Below are positions 29,726 through 39,837 of a stretch of 64,000 nt of DNA, piece after piece. The stretch comes from Planctomycetota bacterium (GTDB lineage: Bacteria; Planctomycetota; UBA1135; UBA2386): NCBI GenBank assembly GCA_947501605.1, contig CANMWZ010000008.1:1-64000 (forward strand). Direction: 5' to 3'. The first letter of the stretch is position 1. Each line of letters begins with the position of its first letter. Under the pieces are notes generated by a model, which was not told the origin of the DNA, ran no database searches, and saw nothing but the letters and a program-made list of their open reading frames with translations. A program made the translations under genes and the position numbers.

Positions 29726-31669
29726 TCAATCCCCCTTGGCAGCTTCGATCGTCATCAAGAATGGCGGCAGCGGCAGACCATGTTCGCTCCACAGATCGGC
29801 CATAGCAGTGGCCTGGAACGCGTAGCGGACCTGAGTTGGCTTCTCGACTGCAGCACAACGAAGGAGCAGTTTCGGGCCCTCACTGCGCGCCACGGCCGGA
29901 TGGAACACCGAGTCCGATCCCGCCACTTCAAAGTGGGATGGACCACCCTCGCCGCAAGACCACGGTCCGACTACGCCGTCGCAGTGGATCACCACATCGC
30001 GGCCGCGCACGGTGGCCGACGTGGCCCTCGGCGGGATCAGCGATGGATCGAGGTCCCCGTAGGCGTGCCGGCGCGCCGCCATCGCGAGACGTTCCCCAAC
30101 CAGCCGCTTCTGGCGCGGGTGAATGTCGCGGGCATCGCCGATGTCGGTGGTCACGGCCATCCCGACTCTTGGCAGGAGCAGCGCCTGTTCCTGGGCGAGT
30201 CGCAACGCGAACAGCTCGCCATGGTCGTTGCCGTAGCCAAACGGGGCGATCTGCACGAACAGAAAGGCAAGGTCACGGCCGAAGGCCGCGCGCCAGTCGC
30301 GGATCATTGCCGGAAACAACCGGCTGTATTGCAAGGCCCGGCCGACGTTCGACTCTCCTTGATACCAAATCGCGCCCGTGAACGGGAACGGCACGAGTGG
30401 CGCGATCATCCCGTTCCACAGCACTGTCGGCACGTTGGGGCTCGACTGCATCGAAGCCGGGAAGCGCGGCAGCGCGCCCATTGCCTCACCACGGCAGAAG
30501 GACCAGCCGCCGTCGAGGCCCAGCGAGCCACCTTCGCCCATTGCAGGTTGGAGACGACACGCCTCGGCGCTGCCGCTGATCCCGCCTTCCCCGCCTGTAT
30601 CGAGGGCAGCGATGCGCAGTTGGATTTGCCCGACGCGCACGCGCTCGGCGGGGATCCGATACTGACGAGGTGCACTCCAGTGGCCGGGCTCATAGGTCCC
30701 CGCAACGTGAACCTCGTCCCACCACAATGCATCCATGTCGTCGATCGGGCCCAGCATCAACACGAGGTCGCGCCCTGCCCAGGCGGCGGGCACTTCGACG
30801 CCTCGCTGGTACCAGCCGACGCCGTCGAAGTCACCGAGCCCGTGTTTGGACCACACGTGAGGCAAGCTCGCGGCGTTCCATCCACGGGCATCGGGCGCCG
30901 GCCTGCTTGCACCAACGCGGTCCCAGTACTGCTGCCGTTGTTCGGCCAGTGCGAGCTCGCCGCCCTTGGCATCGGCGAGGCGCGCCACGTCGGGCGCGAA
31001 CTCGGCAAACTCGGTCAGTCCCTCGGCTCGCGTCCAGGCCTCGCAGATCGTGCCGCCCCAACTGCTGGCGACGATCCCGAGCGGATGCTTCTGCCGCAGG
31101 GTTAGGTCGCGGGCAAAGAACAGCGCTGTTGCACTGAACGCTGCCGCACTCTCCTTGCTGCACACAGACCACGCGCCATCGACATCCTCGAGTGGCACTG
31201 CACTGATCCGACGCGCAACGGTGAACAGCCGAAGTTCGGGCAGATTCGACGCAGTCGCCTCCTTCTCCCACTCCAGCACTCCTTGCTGTGAGGTCGAACT
31301 CGGACCAAGGGACATCTCCATGTTCGACTGACCCGAAGCCAGCCAGACGTCACCGACCAGCACGTCCTCGACGGTGCATTTCGAACTGCCGCTCTGCACC
31401 TCGAAGCGGACACGCTCGCCGCACTTCGGCGTCGCGAGGCGCAAAGCGAAGCGACCGCCCGCGTCCGCAGTTCCATCGAGCGACTCGCCCAACCAACTCG
31501 CTCGAAGAGACACCGCAGCTCCTGGTCCAGCTCGGCCCTTCACCTCGACGACCGAGTTGGACGGCAGCACCATGTGATTGCTGAACAGGCGCATCAGCGA
31601 CAGCGGCGGCTCTTGCGCAGAAACGACACCGGCCAACATCGCAGCAGCGAGACCATTGACTGGGTTCAT
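29726..31669 (-). CDS. Sialate O-acetylesterase family (SGNH) protein with internal sugar-binding domain
   Basis: LFSNHMVL, GDVWLASGQSNM, WGGT, WYQGESN, VQIAPF, DIHPRQK, VRYAF; GAGGA upstream of ATG 31669. Confidence 0.92.
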   Translation of the reverse strand: MNPVNGLAAAMLAGVVSAQEPPLSLMRLFSNHMVLPSNSVVEVKGRAGPGAAVSLRASWLGESLDGTADAGGRFALRLATPKCGERVRFEVQSGSSKCTVEDVLVGDVWLASGQSNMEMSLGPSSTSQQGVLEWEKEATASNLPELRLFTVARRISAVPLEDVDGAWSVCSKESAAAFSATALFFARDLTLRQKHPLGIVASSWGGTICEAWTRAEGLTEFAEFAPDVARLADAKGGELALAEQRQQYWDRVGASRPAPDARGWNAASLPHVWSKHGLGDFDGVGWYQRGVEVPAAWAGRDLVLMLGPIDDMDALWWDEVHVAGTYEPGHWSAPRQYRIPAERVRVGQIQLRIAALDTGGEGGISGSAEACRLQPAMGEGGSLGLDGGWSFCRGEAMGALPRFPASMQSSPNVPTVLWNGMIAPLVPFPFTGAIWYQGESNVGRALQYSRLFPAMIRDWRAAFGRDLAFLFVQIAPFGYGNDHGELFALRLAQEQALLLPRVGMAVTTDIGDARDIHPRQKRLVGERLAMAARRHAYGDLDPSLIPPRATSATVRGRDVVIHCDGVVGPWSCGEGGPSHFEVAGSDSVFHPAVARSEGPKLLLRCAAVEKPTQVRYAFQATAMADLWSEHGLPLPPFLMTIEAAKGD

Positions 31670-31712
31670 GAACGAGTCCTCGACAGCGGTAGGTGGTGGA
31701 AACGAACGTTGA

Positions 31713-32762
31713 TCAGAGTCGCGTCGTACCGATTCGGCCACCTTGGCCCACGGCGACGACGGTATCGCCGACGATGGTCACGGTATGGAAGCCGTTGTTC
31801 CCGAACGGTCGCCACGTGGCCCCCCCATCGCTCGTGATCGAGGCGCCAAGCGGGCCGACGGCGACGCAGGTGGCGCCGTCGCCGTGCACCGCAACGCTGC
31901 TGCGGTAGCCGTCGAGGCCAATACCGACGCGCCACACCCGGCCGTCATCGTCGGTCCACGCTGCCGTGCCGTCGCGACGCAGAGGCTCCTGGTAATCCCC
32001 TCCGACCACCACCAGTTCTAGCGCCCGGCGAAAGTCCACCGCGAATGCGCCCTGCGACTCCGTGCCGTGCTGCAACGGCAACTCCGCCAGTGACCAGGTA
32101 CTGCCACCGTCATGCGACCGAAGGGCGCGGCTCATCACACCGCCGGTGACGAGGGCTACCTCGTCACCGATCGCCCGCAAGCACGCGCAACTGGCGGCGA
32201 ACATCGCTTCCCCAGCCACGGCTGTTGGCAAGGTCACGCGCGGTTGCCAGTTCTGGCCACCATCATCACTGACGAACAGCTGGAAGACGCCGTCGATGGG
32301 ATCCCCGACCAGGTACGCGCGCGTGCCGCCGTAGTGGCTGCCTTCCGCTGGCGCCGCAAATGCAATCGCGTCGAAGAACGCGCCCGGCCTTGGGTCCTCG
32401 AAGACGATTGTCCACGACGTGCCACCGTCGTCCGTGCGATAGACCCGCGCCGGCGTTCCCGCGGTCGCCACCAGCGCGTGACGAGCATCCGTCGCCGCGA
32501 TCGAGCGGAAATCGAGGTCCTGCGCCCCGGCGGGCCCGACCGACGACCAACTCTTGCCCGCATCCATGCTGCGAAGCACCGTGCCTCCTGTACCGCTGGC
32601 CCAGAGAACCTGCGACGCGACGGCGGACAGACCGCGGAGACTGCAGCCAGGTCGCACCTGCACCACGCTCCACTGCGGCACCCGTATCGTGGGGTCGGAA
32701 CCGACGGTGCACGCAACGACTGCAACGGCGAAGAGCACGATGGCGGACAGACGCATGCGCAT
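31713..32762 (-). CDS. BNR/Asp-box beta-propeller lipoprotein (Ycf48-like)
   Basis: Lipobox VVAC; repeated S/T-x-D-G-G-x-S/T-W (SMDAGKSW, TDDGGTSW, SDDGGQNW, SHDGGSTW, TSDGGATW); GEAMFAAS, VGGDY. Confidence 0.85.
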   Translation of the reverse strand: MRMRLSAIVLFAVAVVACTVGSDPTIRVPQWSVVQVRPGCSLRGLSAVASQVLWASGTGGTVLRSMDAGKSWSSVGPAGAQDLDFRSIAATDARHALVATAGTPARVYRTDDGGTSWTIVFEDPRPGAFFDAIAFAAPAEGSHYGGTRAYLVGDPIDGVFQLFVSDDGGQNWQPRVTLPTAVAGEAMFAASCACLRAIGDEVALVTGGVMSRALRSHDGGSTWSLAELPLQHGTESQGAFAVDFRRALELVVVGGDYQEPLRRDGTAAWTDDDGRVWRVGIGLDGYRSSVAVHGDGATCVAVGPLGASITSDGGATWRPFGNNGFHTVTIVGDTVVAVGQGGRIGTTRL

Positions 32763-32867
32763 GGGGTACACGTTGCCTGCCCGGCAACAAGCGCGGTCTC
32801 GCGAAACGGAGGCAGGCTCATTCCCTGCTGCCCATCCTGCAGACAACACGCTAGGCTCGTGGGCCGC

Positions 32868-35576
32868 ATGCTGCGTGCTCTACTCGCAATTGCGGTCGTC
32901 GCCTCGTCGCTCCGCGCGCAAGTCGGTCCGGAGCCCACGCTGTGGTCGATGCAACCGCTGCCGTCCTGTTCGGCTCCGATCGAGTCACCGCGCATCGACC
33001 AACTCGTCGACGAACGACTGCAGCCACTGGGGCTCTCGCGCGCACCGAAGGCGGATCGTCGCACCTTGCTGCGCCGAGCGGCCCTGATGCTGACTGGTCT
33101 GCCGCCGTCGCCGCAGCAAGTCGCCGACTTCATCGCCGACCCGGACGCCGATGCCTTCGCCAACTGCATCGACCGCTTGCTCGCCTCGCCCGAATGCGCC
33201 GAACATCTAGCGCGGCGCTGGCTCGACCTCGCGCGCTACAGCGACAGCAACGGTCTCGACGAGAACCTCGCCTTCGCCAACGCCTATCGCTACCGCGACT
33301 GGGTCGTTCGCGCAATGCAGGAAGACGTGCCCTACGACCGCTTTGGCACCCTGCAACTCGCCGGCGACTTGCTGCCCGAGACCGATCCATCGCCGCGCGC
33401 AGACCGCATCGTGCCACTCGGGTTCTTGGCCCTCGGCCCGCGCATGTTGGCCGAGCAAGACAAGGAGAAGCTCGTACTCGACACCGTCGATGAACAGGTC
33501 GATCTGGTCGGGCGGACGTTTCTCGGGCTCACGCTCGGCTGTGCCCGCTGCCACGACCACAAGTTCGATCCAGTTCCGACTCGCGATTACTACGCGCTTG
33601 CCGGCATCTTCAAGAGCAGCAAGTCGTTCGCCGAACTGGGCCATGTCAGTCAGTGGCTGGAGCAACCACTGGCCTCCAACGCGGACCTCGCGGTGCGCGA
33701 AGCGGCGATCAGCGCACGGACAGCTGCCGCCAATGCGCTTCTGGAGTTCGACAAGGGTGTGGCGAGTAGCCTGCCTTCCGGGCTCGCGCCGCGGATCGGC
33801 GACTACCTGATCGCCGGCTATGCCGAATCCGCCCGCAGTCTGGTTCGCGAGGCGGAGAGTGCCGACGCGACCAACCTAGTGCGCGACGATTCGCACTGGG
33901 GCGCCCCGGGCTGTGCAGTCCTGCACACAGCCTCGGGAGGTAGCCAGTTCGCCGACTACACCTTCGACACCAGCGCCCTCACGCACGGCCCCGGCGACTA
34001 CCTGTTGGAACTGCGCTATGCCGCAGCCGAGTCGCGACCGCTGCGCGTCGAGGTCGACGGTGTCGCTGTGATCGCACGCTGCGCAACAGCGATGACAGGC
34101 GGCTGGCGACCTGAGCACCAGCGTTGGATCGAAGCCGGCAGGTTTCCGGTCACCACTGGAAGCCACACCCTGCGGCTTGTGGCACTTGGTGACAACGTGC
34201 CGCACCTCGACCGCTTGGTCCTGCGTCCGCTCCTCGCCGCGGCTCCGGCCATGGACCTTGCGGCGGCTGCCGTGCGCAACGCAGCATTCCTGGTTTCCGC
34301 CGCCGACGGTCCCATCGGTCGCGCCTTCGCAGCCGCTGCGGATTCGATGGAGGTCGTACAGGTTGCCACAGAATGGCAGCAGCGCTTGGCGAAGTTTGCC
34401 CAGGCAGACTTCGCACCGGTTGGTGAAGTCGAAACCGCGGATCAGCGCTTGCTACACGGCTTCGGCGGGCTGTTCGAACTCGATGACGCGCTGCGCTACC
34501 AACTGCTGCCCGCAGCGCGACGCCTAGTCCGCGAGCGTCTCGCCGACGCGCTGACGGCCGTGCAAGCCGCCGTCCCCGAGGAGCCTCCCCACGGGCTCTG
34601 CGTCACCGAGGGCGAAGTCGTCGACTTGCCCGTGCACCTTCGTGGCAGTCACCTGACGCTGGCTTCCGAAACCACGCCCCGCGGGTTCCTCTCGGCCATG
34701 GCTACGCAAATCGCGTCGCCGCCTATCGGCAGTGGCAGCGGCCGTCTCGCGCTCGCTCAGTGGATCTTCGATCCGAAGAACCCGCTGACCCCACGCGTCG
34801 CCGCCAATCGAACCTGGCAGTTCGCGTTCGGCGAGGGGCTCGCACGAAGTGAATCCAATTTCGGCATCCGCGGCGAGGAGCCGACGCACCCTGCACTCCT
34901 CGAGGCTCTCGCTGCCTCGTTGGTCGCGGATGGCTGGTCGATTCGTCGTCTGCTGCGCACGATCGTCCTGTCGGAGACCTGGCAGCAAGCAGCTCGCGGC
35001 GATGCCAACGCCGAAATCGTCGATGCCGACAACCGGCTGTATTGGCGGTGGTCGCGCCAGCGTCTACCGGCTGAGGCAGTTCGCGATTCGATCCTAGCTG
35101 TCGCCGGCACCTTGGATCGCAAACAAGGCGGCAGCTTGCTCGGCGTCGGCAACCGCGGCTACGTCACCAACGACCAGTCCGGCGACAGCGCGCGCTACGA
35201 CGCACCGCGTCGCTCGCTCTACCTGCCGGTGATCCGCAACGCGATGTACGACCTGTTTACAGTGTTCGATTACGCAGACCCAAGCGTTCACCTGGAGCAG
35301 CGGCCACAGAGCACCGTTGCCCTGCAGGCGCTCCTGCTGATGAACAGTCCGTTCGCCATCGAACAGGCCAGCGCTCTGGCCACCGCGGCGTCCGCGGCCG
35401 CCACGGAGCCGGCGGAGCAGCTCGTCTGGCTCTGGCAACGCGCACTGCAGCGTCCGCCAACCGCGCGCGAGACTGCCGCCGCTGCCGACTGGCTGGCGCA
35501 GGACCTCGAGGACAAGGGGCTCGCATGCCTGTGCCAGGCCTTGTTCGCGACCAACGAGTTCGTCTTCGTCGACTGA
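32868..35576 (+). CDS. DUF1549/DUF1553 (PSD1) planctomycete protein with CxxCH motif and CBM-like insert
   Basis: ADRRTLLRR, LTGLPP, WLDLARYSDSNG, YRDWV, GCARCHDHKFDP, GSGRLALAQW, NPLTPRV, RRSLY, QALLLMN, NEFVFVD. ATG 32868 starts a signal peptide. Confidence 0.93.
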   Translation: MLRALLAIAVVASSLRAQVGPEPTLWSMQPLPSCSAPIESPRIDQLVDERLQPLGLSRAPKADRRTLLRRAALMLTGLPPSPQQVADFIADPDADAFANCIDRLLASPECAEHLARRWLDLARYSDSNGLDENLAFANAYRYRDWVVRAMQEDVPYDRFGTLQLAGDLLPETDPSPRADRIVPLGFLALGPRMLAEQDKEKLVLDTVDEQVDLVGRTFLGLTLGCARCHDHKFDPVPTRDYYALAGIFKSSKSFAELGHVSQWLEQPLASNADLAVREAAISARTAAANALLEFDKGVASSLPSGLAPRIGDYLIAGYAESARSLVREAESADATNLVRDDSHWGAPGCAVLHTASGGSQFADYTFDTSALTHGPGDYLLELRYAAAESRPLRVEVDGVAVIARCATAMTGGWRPEHQRWIEAGRFPVTTGSHTLRLVALGDNVPHLDRLVLRPLLAAAPAMDLAAAAVRNAAFLVSAADGPIGRAFAAAADSMEVVQVATEWQQRLAKFAQADFAPVGEVETADQRLLHGFGGLFELDDALRYQLLPAARRLVRERLADALTAVQAAVPEEPPHGLCVTEGEVVDLPVHLRGSHLTLASETTPRGFLSAMATQIASPPIGSGSGRLALAQWIFDPKNPLTPRVAANRTWQFAFGEGLARSESNFGIRGEEPTHPALLEALAASLVADGWSIRRLLRTIVLSETWQQAARGDANAEIVDADNRLYWRWSRQRLPAEAVRDSILAVAGTLDRKQGGSLLGVGNRGYVTNDQSGDSARYDAPRRSLYLPVIRNAMYDLFTVFDYADPSVHLEQRPQSTVALQALLLMNSPFAIEQASALATAASAAATEPAEQLVWLWQRALQRPPTARETAAAADWLAQDLEDKGLACLCQALFATNEFVFVD

Positions 35577-35586
35577 GCCTGCCGCC

Positions 35587-37026
35587 ATGCACCACGACGC
35601 CGATTGCATCACTCACAACGCAGCGCACGGTGCCACTCACAGTCGACGCGAGTGGCTGCGCTCCGCCGCGATGGGGCTGCCGATGCTGGCACTCGCGCAC
35701 ATGCTGCGGGCCACGCAATCCCCGCTCGCTCACGAGACGCCGACGCTGCAACCGCGCCGGCCTCACCTTGCCGCCCGTGCGAAGCGGGTGGTGTTCTTGT
35801 TCATGCATGGCGGCCCTTCGCAGGTCGACACCTTCGACTACAAGCCGTTGTTGCAGCGCGATCACGGCAAGCCCCTGCCGTTTGCCAAGCCGCGGGTCAC
35901 CTTTGCCGAGACCGGCAACCTACTCGGCTCGCCGTTCCGCTTCGCGCAGCACGGTCAGTCCGGTGCGTGGATCAGCGAACTTTTTCCGCACCTAGCACGC
36001 TGCGCCGATCGCATCTGCTTCTTGAAGGGCCTGCACGGCAGCAATGATGCTCACGGCGGCGCCCTCCTCAAGATCCACACCGGCAGCGATACGCTGGTGA
36101 GGCCGTCGATGGGCAGTTGGGTAGTGCACGGGCTTGGCACCGAGAATCAGAACCTGCCCGGTTTCGTCACGATCTGCCCCACCCTCGGCCACGGCGGCGT
36201 GAACAACTGGTCGTCGGCGTTCTTGCCGGCGCTCTACCAAGGCACACCGCTCGGCAACGCCAGCGTGGACGCCAAGGAAGCGAGCGTGAAGTTCCTCCGT
36301 CGCGGCGACTTGTCACGCTCGGTCCAGCGCCAGCAACTGGATCTTCTGGCGCACTTCAACGAGGAACACGCGAGCACCAGAGAGGAAGATCCGGTACTGC
36401 GCTCGCGCATCGCCTCGTTCGAGTTGGCGTTTCGCATGCAGCTCGAAGCCAGCTCGGTGCTCGACGTGGATGCCGAGAGCCAAGCCACGAAGACGCTCTA
36501 CGGACTTGATGAGGCCCGCACCCAGAACTTCGGGCGCCAGTGCCTGATGGCCCGGCGCATGCTCGAATCCGGCGTGCGCTTCGTTCAGTGCACCCACAGC
36601 TACAAGTGGGACCAACACAGCAACCTCGAGCCCGACCACCGCAAGAATGCCGGCGAGGTCGACCAACCGATCGCCGCCCTGCTGACCGATCTGGAGCGTC
36701 GCGGCATGCTCGAGGACACACTGGTCTGGTGGGGTGGCGAGTTTGGGCGCACTCCAACCAGCGAGGGTGGCAGCGGACGCGACCACAATCCCCACGGGTT
36801 CACGCACTTCCTAGCTGGCGGCGGCGTCAAGGCTGGCTTCTCCTACGGCGGCACGGATGACTACGGCTACTACGCGCAGGAGGATGCCATGCATGTGCAC
36901 GACCTGCACGCGACCCTGCTGCACCTGCTCGGGCTGGACCACGAGCGACTGGTCTTCCGGCATTCGGGTCGCGACTTCCGCTTGACGGATGTTCACGGCA
37001 AGGTCGCCCAGGCGATTCTTGCCTGA
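35587..37026 (+). CDS. DUF1501 family protein (Tat-exported)
   Basis: SRREWL twin-arginine, FMHGGPSQVDTFDYKP, RPSMGSW, FELAFRMQ, ARRMLESGVRFVQ, WDQH, GEFGRTP, GRDHNP. Confidence 0.95.
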   Translation: MHHDADCITHNAAHGATHSRREWLRSAAMGLPMLALAHMLRATQSPLAHETPTLQPRRPHLAARAKRVVFLFMHGGPSQVDTFDYKPLLQRDHGKPLPFAKPRVTFAETGNLLGSPFRFAQHGQSGAWISELFPHLARCADRICFLKGLHGSNDAHGGALLKIHTGSDTLVRPSMGSWVVHGLGTENQNLPGFVTICPTLGHGGVNNWSSAFLPALYQGTPLGNASVDAKEASVKFLRRGDLSRSVQRQQLDLLAHFNEEHASTREEDPVLRSRIASFELAFRMQLEASSVLDVDAESQATKTLYGLDEARTQNFGRQCLMARRMLESGVRFVQCTHSYKWDQHSNLEPDHRKNAGEVDQPIAALLTDLERRGMLEDTLVWWGGEFGRTPTSEGGSGRDHNPHGFTHFLAGGGVKAGFSYGGTDDYGYYAQEDAMHVHDLHATLLHLLGLDHERLVFRHSGRDFRLTDVHGKVAQAILA

Positions 37027-37068
37027 TGCCGATGCTTGGCCGGCACCGGTGCCAACGCAACGGACTGG

Positions 37069-39834
37069 TCAGCGCCGTCGCCGCTCCGCTTCCTCGAGTT
37101 CCCGCATCAGTTCGCTTAGGCCCAAGCGCTGCAGGAGCTGAGGAAGATCGCCGAGCCGGTCTTCGAGTCGTCCGAAGCCGCCACCCTCGCGCTGCGCGGC
37201 GATCAAGCTGGTCACCAGTTGCCGTGCAGTTGTCTTGGCGGCCTCCACGTCTCCGGCATCCAACTTGACGCGAACGATTCGCCGCATCGTCTGCATCTCT
37301 TCCGCCGCGAATCGCGGCTCCCTCGGCTTCCGGTCGGTACCAAGCGTGCGCTGCAACGCCAGCGCTTCTTCCAACGGTGCCAGACCAGCGCGCGGATCTC
37401 GTTGCGACTCGGCTTCGTGGACGCGACTCCCCCACAAACTGAGGGCGCGCGCGAGCAAGGCCTGAAACTCAGGATGCAGCGGTTGGTGCTCCACCAGCGT
37501 CCGCGCCTCGGACACCAATTGTTCGAGGACCGCAGGCGTCGGGCCGCCCGGACTGCGTGCCCGAGAAGGTGGCAACTGCGCCTCGCACAACTCAAATCGA
37601 TAGGCGTCGTTCTTTGGTTGCTCGGCCACGAGCTGCTTCAGGATGGCGAGCGCTTCCTGCATCGAGGCACTCAAAAGGTTGGGCTCCGCGCGCCCCGCCA
37701 TTCGCGCTTGCTCGATCAAACAGCGGGCGAGCAGAAACCGATACTCGGAGCTCTCTTGATCCTCGGCCAAGAGAGCCCGCAGGGTCAGAAGGGCCGCCTC
37801 GATGTGCCCGCGCGCCTGTTGCTGCAACTGGGCAAAGGACGGCTCGGCGAGCGGATCTCGCGGTGGAGCAAGCGAAGGCTCGGAGTCTCGGCGCCGTTCG
37901 CGAGCCGCATTGCGTCGCGCACGCGGTAATGCATCTGCGCCTCCCGCAGGACCACCGGCAAAGCCCCGCATCAGTTCACCGCGGCCTTCACGAAATCCCG
38001 GCACAGTTGCCAGCAGATAGTGCGCACGCGCGCCGAGCCAGCGCACCTTGGGCAAGGGATCGACCGCCCCCTTCTCCAGGATCTCTAGCGACTGTGAGTA
38101 GCACGAAGCCGCGACTCGGGGCTGCCCGCGACGGACTTGCACCTGCCCCAGCTCCTGCAACAGGGCTGCGAGTTCGTCCTTTTGTTCAGGGTCCCCGATC
38201 TCACGCAGCAGCGTCGCTGCTCGCTCGTAGGCCGCCACCGCCTCGTCGTGCGCGCCGAGGCGCTCCTGGATGGTGCCGACGCGGGCATAGCTGCGCGCCG
38301 TCTGATGGCGAAGAGTTGCGTTGTCGCGATTGCGCTCGGCGAACTTGTCGTAGAAGTCGAGCATGCGCTCGAGCAGCGCGAGCGCGTTGGTGTCGACCGG
38401 TGCTCGCAAGGCAGTGACGGTTGCACCATTCTCCTCCGCGTCTTCGAGGAGGGCATAGAGCGGGTCGGGGCCGACAATCGTATCGAACACGTCCTCGAAG
38501 ACCTCCAACGTGTCCTCGAGGTTGGCTCGATCGCGTTCGCTGGCTTGTAGCGCAGCTTGCTGGCTCTGGATTGCGGCGCGTTCGCTGGCGGTCCGAAGGT
38601 TCAGCGCCTCCCTTGTGGTCCAGTACGCGCTCCAGCCAACAACGGCTGCCGTGACCGTTGCGACCACGGCGATGACGCCAGCCGAGGCGAGTGCCCGATT
38701 GCGGCGGCACCAGCCGCTGAGCAATTCCAGACCCGACTGACGCCGCGCCGCGATCGGACGATCTTCGAGATACGCTCGAAGGTCGCTCCCGAACTCCGCG
38801 GCGGTCGCGTAACGCCGGGCGGGCTCGATCGCCATCGCGCGCGCCACGATGGTCTCGAGGTCATGTGGGATCGTTGGCAGCAAGCGGCGGAGTCGTTCGC
38901 AGCGACCGGCGCGGATGCGGTCGATCAATTCCGCTCGCGATTCGGCGGCAAAGGCCGGTCGCAAGGCGATCAGTTCGAACAGCGTCGCGCCGAGCGCGTA
39001 CACCTCGCTGCGCGCGTCGTAGTGCCCGGAGAACTGCTCGGGCGCCATGTACTGCAGCGTGCCGAGGACATCGCCCGTGTGCGTGAGGCCATCGTGCTGC
39101 AGGGCTTTTGCGAGGCCGAAGTCCGTCACCCAGACGTGTTCGTCGCCATCAAGCAACAAGTTCGCCGGCTTGACATCCCGGTGGAGCGTCCCTTGCTGGT
39201 GGGCGTGATGGAGCGCATCGGCGACCTCGGCGCCAAGCCGCGCGGCCAGACGACAACGATCGCGCAGCACGGTCGACGCCCCCGAAGACGGTTCCGCACG
39301 TAGCGATTTCACGACCATGTCGAGGCTGCGGCCATCGATGAACTGCATGGCGTAGAAGTGCAACCCGTCGGCCTCACCGCTGTCGAACACCGGCACGATG
39401 TGCGTGTGGTGCAACCGCGCCGCCGTCTGCGCCTCTCGACGGAAGCGCTCGAGCTGGTTGCCACTCAGTAGGCTGGCTTGCGGCAAGACCTTGAGGGCCA
39501 CGCGTCGATCGAGCGATTCCTGCACGGCCTCGAAGACGACGCCCATGCCGCCGCGCCCGACTTCGCGCACGATTCGATATTCGCCGAGTCGTTCGAGCTT
39601 CGGCAGTTGCAGGCGACGACCACCGGATACCGAGGTCTCGCGGTCGCGCTTCGCGTTCTCGAGCAGAAGCAGCGTATCCAGCAGGTCGCTCAGTTCTTGA
39701 CCATGCGCCGGATGGAGCGCTGCAAACTGTCTGGCGGAGATCGACTCGCCCTTGCGGACCCGTTGCAGGAACTCCTCAGCCAGTAGATCCAAGGGCTCCC
39801 GACTCTCGCCCTGAATTCCGTCGCGGTCGCTCAT
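37069..39834 (-). CDS. Membrane Hanks-type Ser/Thr protein kinase with TPR-like C-terminal region
   Basis: GRGGMGVV, VALKVL, HRDVKPAN, TDFG, YMAPE; TM helix after WCRRNR; helical repeats. Confidence 0.95.
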   Translation of the reverse strand: MSDRDGIQGESREPLDLLAEEFLQRVRKGESISARQFAALHPAHGQELSDLLDTLLLLENAKRDRETSVSGGRRLQLPKLERLGEYRIVREVGRGGMGVVFEAVQESLDRRVALKVLPQASLLSGNQLERFRREAQTAARLHHTHIVPVFDSGEADGLHFYAMQFIDGRSLDMVVKSLRAEPSSGASTVLRDRCRLAARLGAEVADALHHAHQQGTLHRDVKPANLLLDGDEHVWVTDFGLAKALQHDGLTHTGDVLGTLQYMAPEQFSGHYDARSEVYALGATLFELIALRPAFAAESRAELIDRIRAGRCERLRRLLPTIPHDLETIVARAMAIEPARRYATAAEFGSDLRAYLEDRPIAARRQSGLELLSGWCRRNRALASAGVIAVVATVTAAVVGWSAYWTTREALNLRTASERAAIQSQQAALQASERDRANLEDTLEVFEDVFDTIVGPDPLYALLEDAEENGATVTALRAPVDTNALALLERMLDFYDKFAERNRDNATLRHQTARSYARVGTIQERLGAHDEAVAAYERAATLLREIGDPEQKDELAALLQELGQVQVRRGQPRVAASCYSQSLEILEKGAVDPLPKVRWLGARAHYLLATVPGFREGRGELMRGFAGGPAGGADALPRARRNAARERRRDSEPSLAPPRDPLAEPSFAQLQQQARGHIEAALLTLRALLAEDQESSEYRFLLARCLIEQARMAGRAEPNLLSASMQEALAILKQLVAEQPKNDAYRFELCEAQLPPSRARSPGGPTPAVLEQLVSEARTLVEHQPLHPEFQALLARALSLWGSRVHEAESQRDPRAGLAPLEEALALQRTLGTDRKPREPRFAAEEMQTMRRIVRVKLDAGDVEAAKTTARQLVTSLIAAQREGGGFGRLEDRLGDLPQLLQRLGLSELMRELEEAERRRR

Positions 39835-39837
39835 CGC

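Noticed and set aside
32112..32867. N-terminal extension of the 1154-aa ORF
   Set aside because: It overlaps the opposite-strand BNR gene; a signal peptide begins at ATG 32868.
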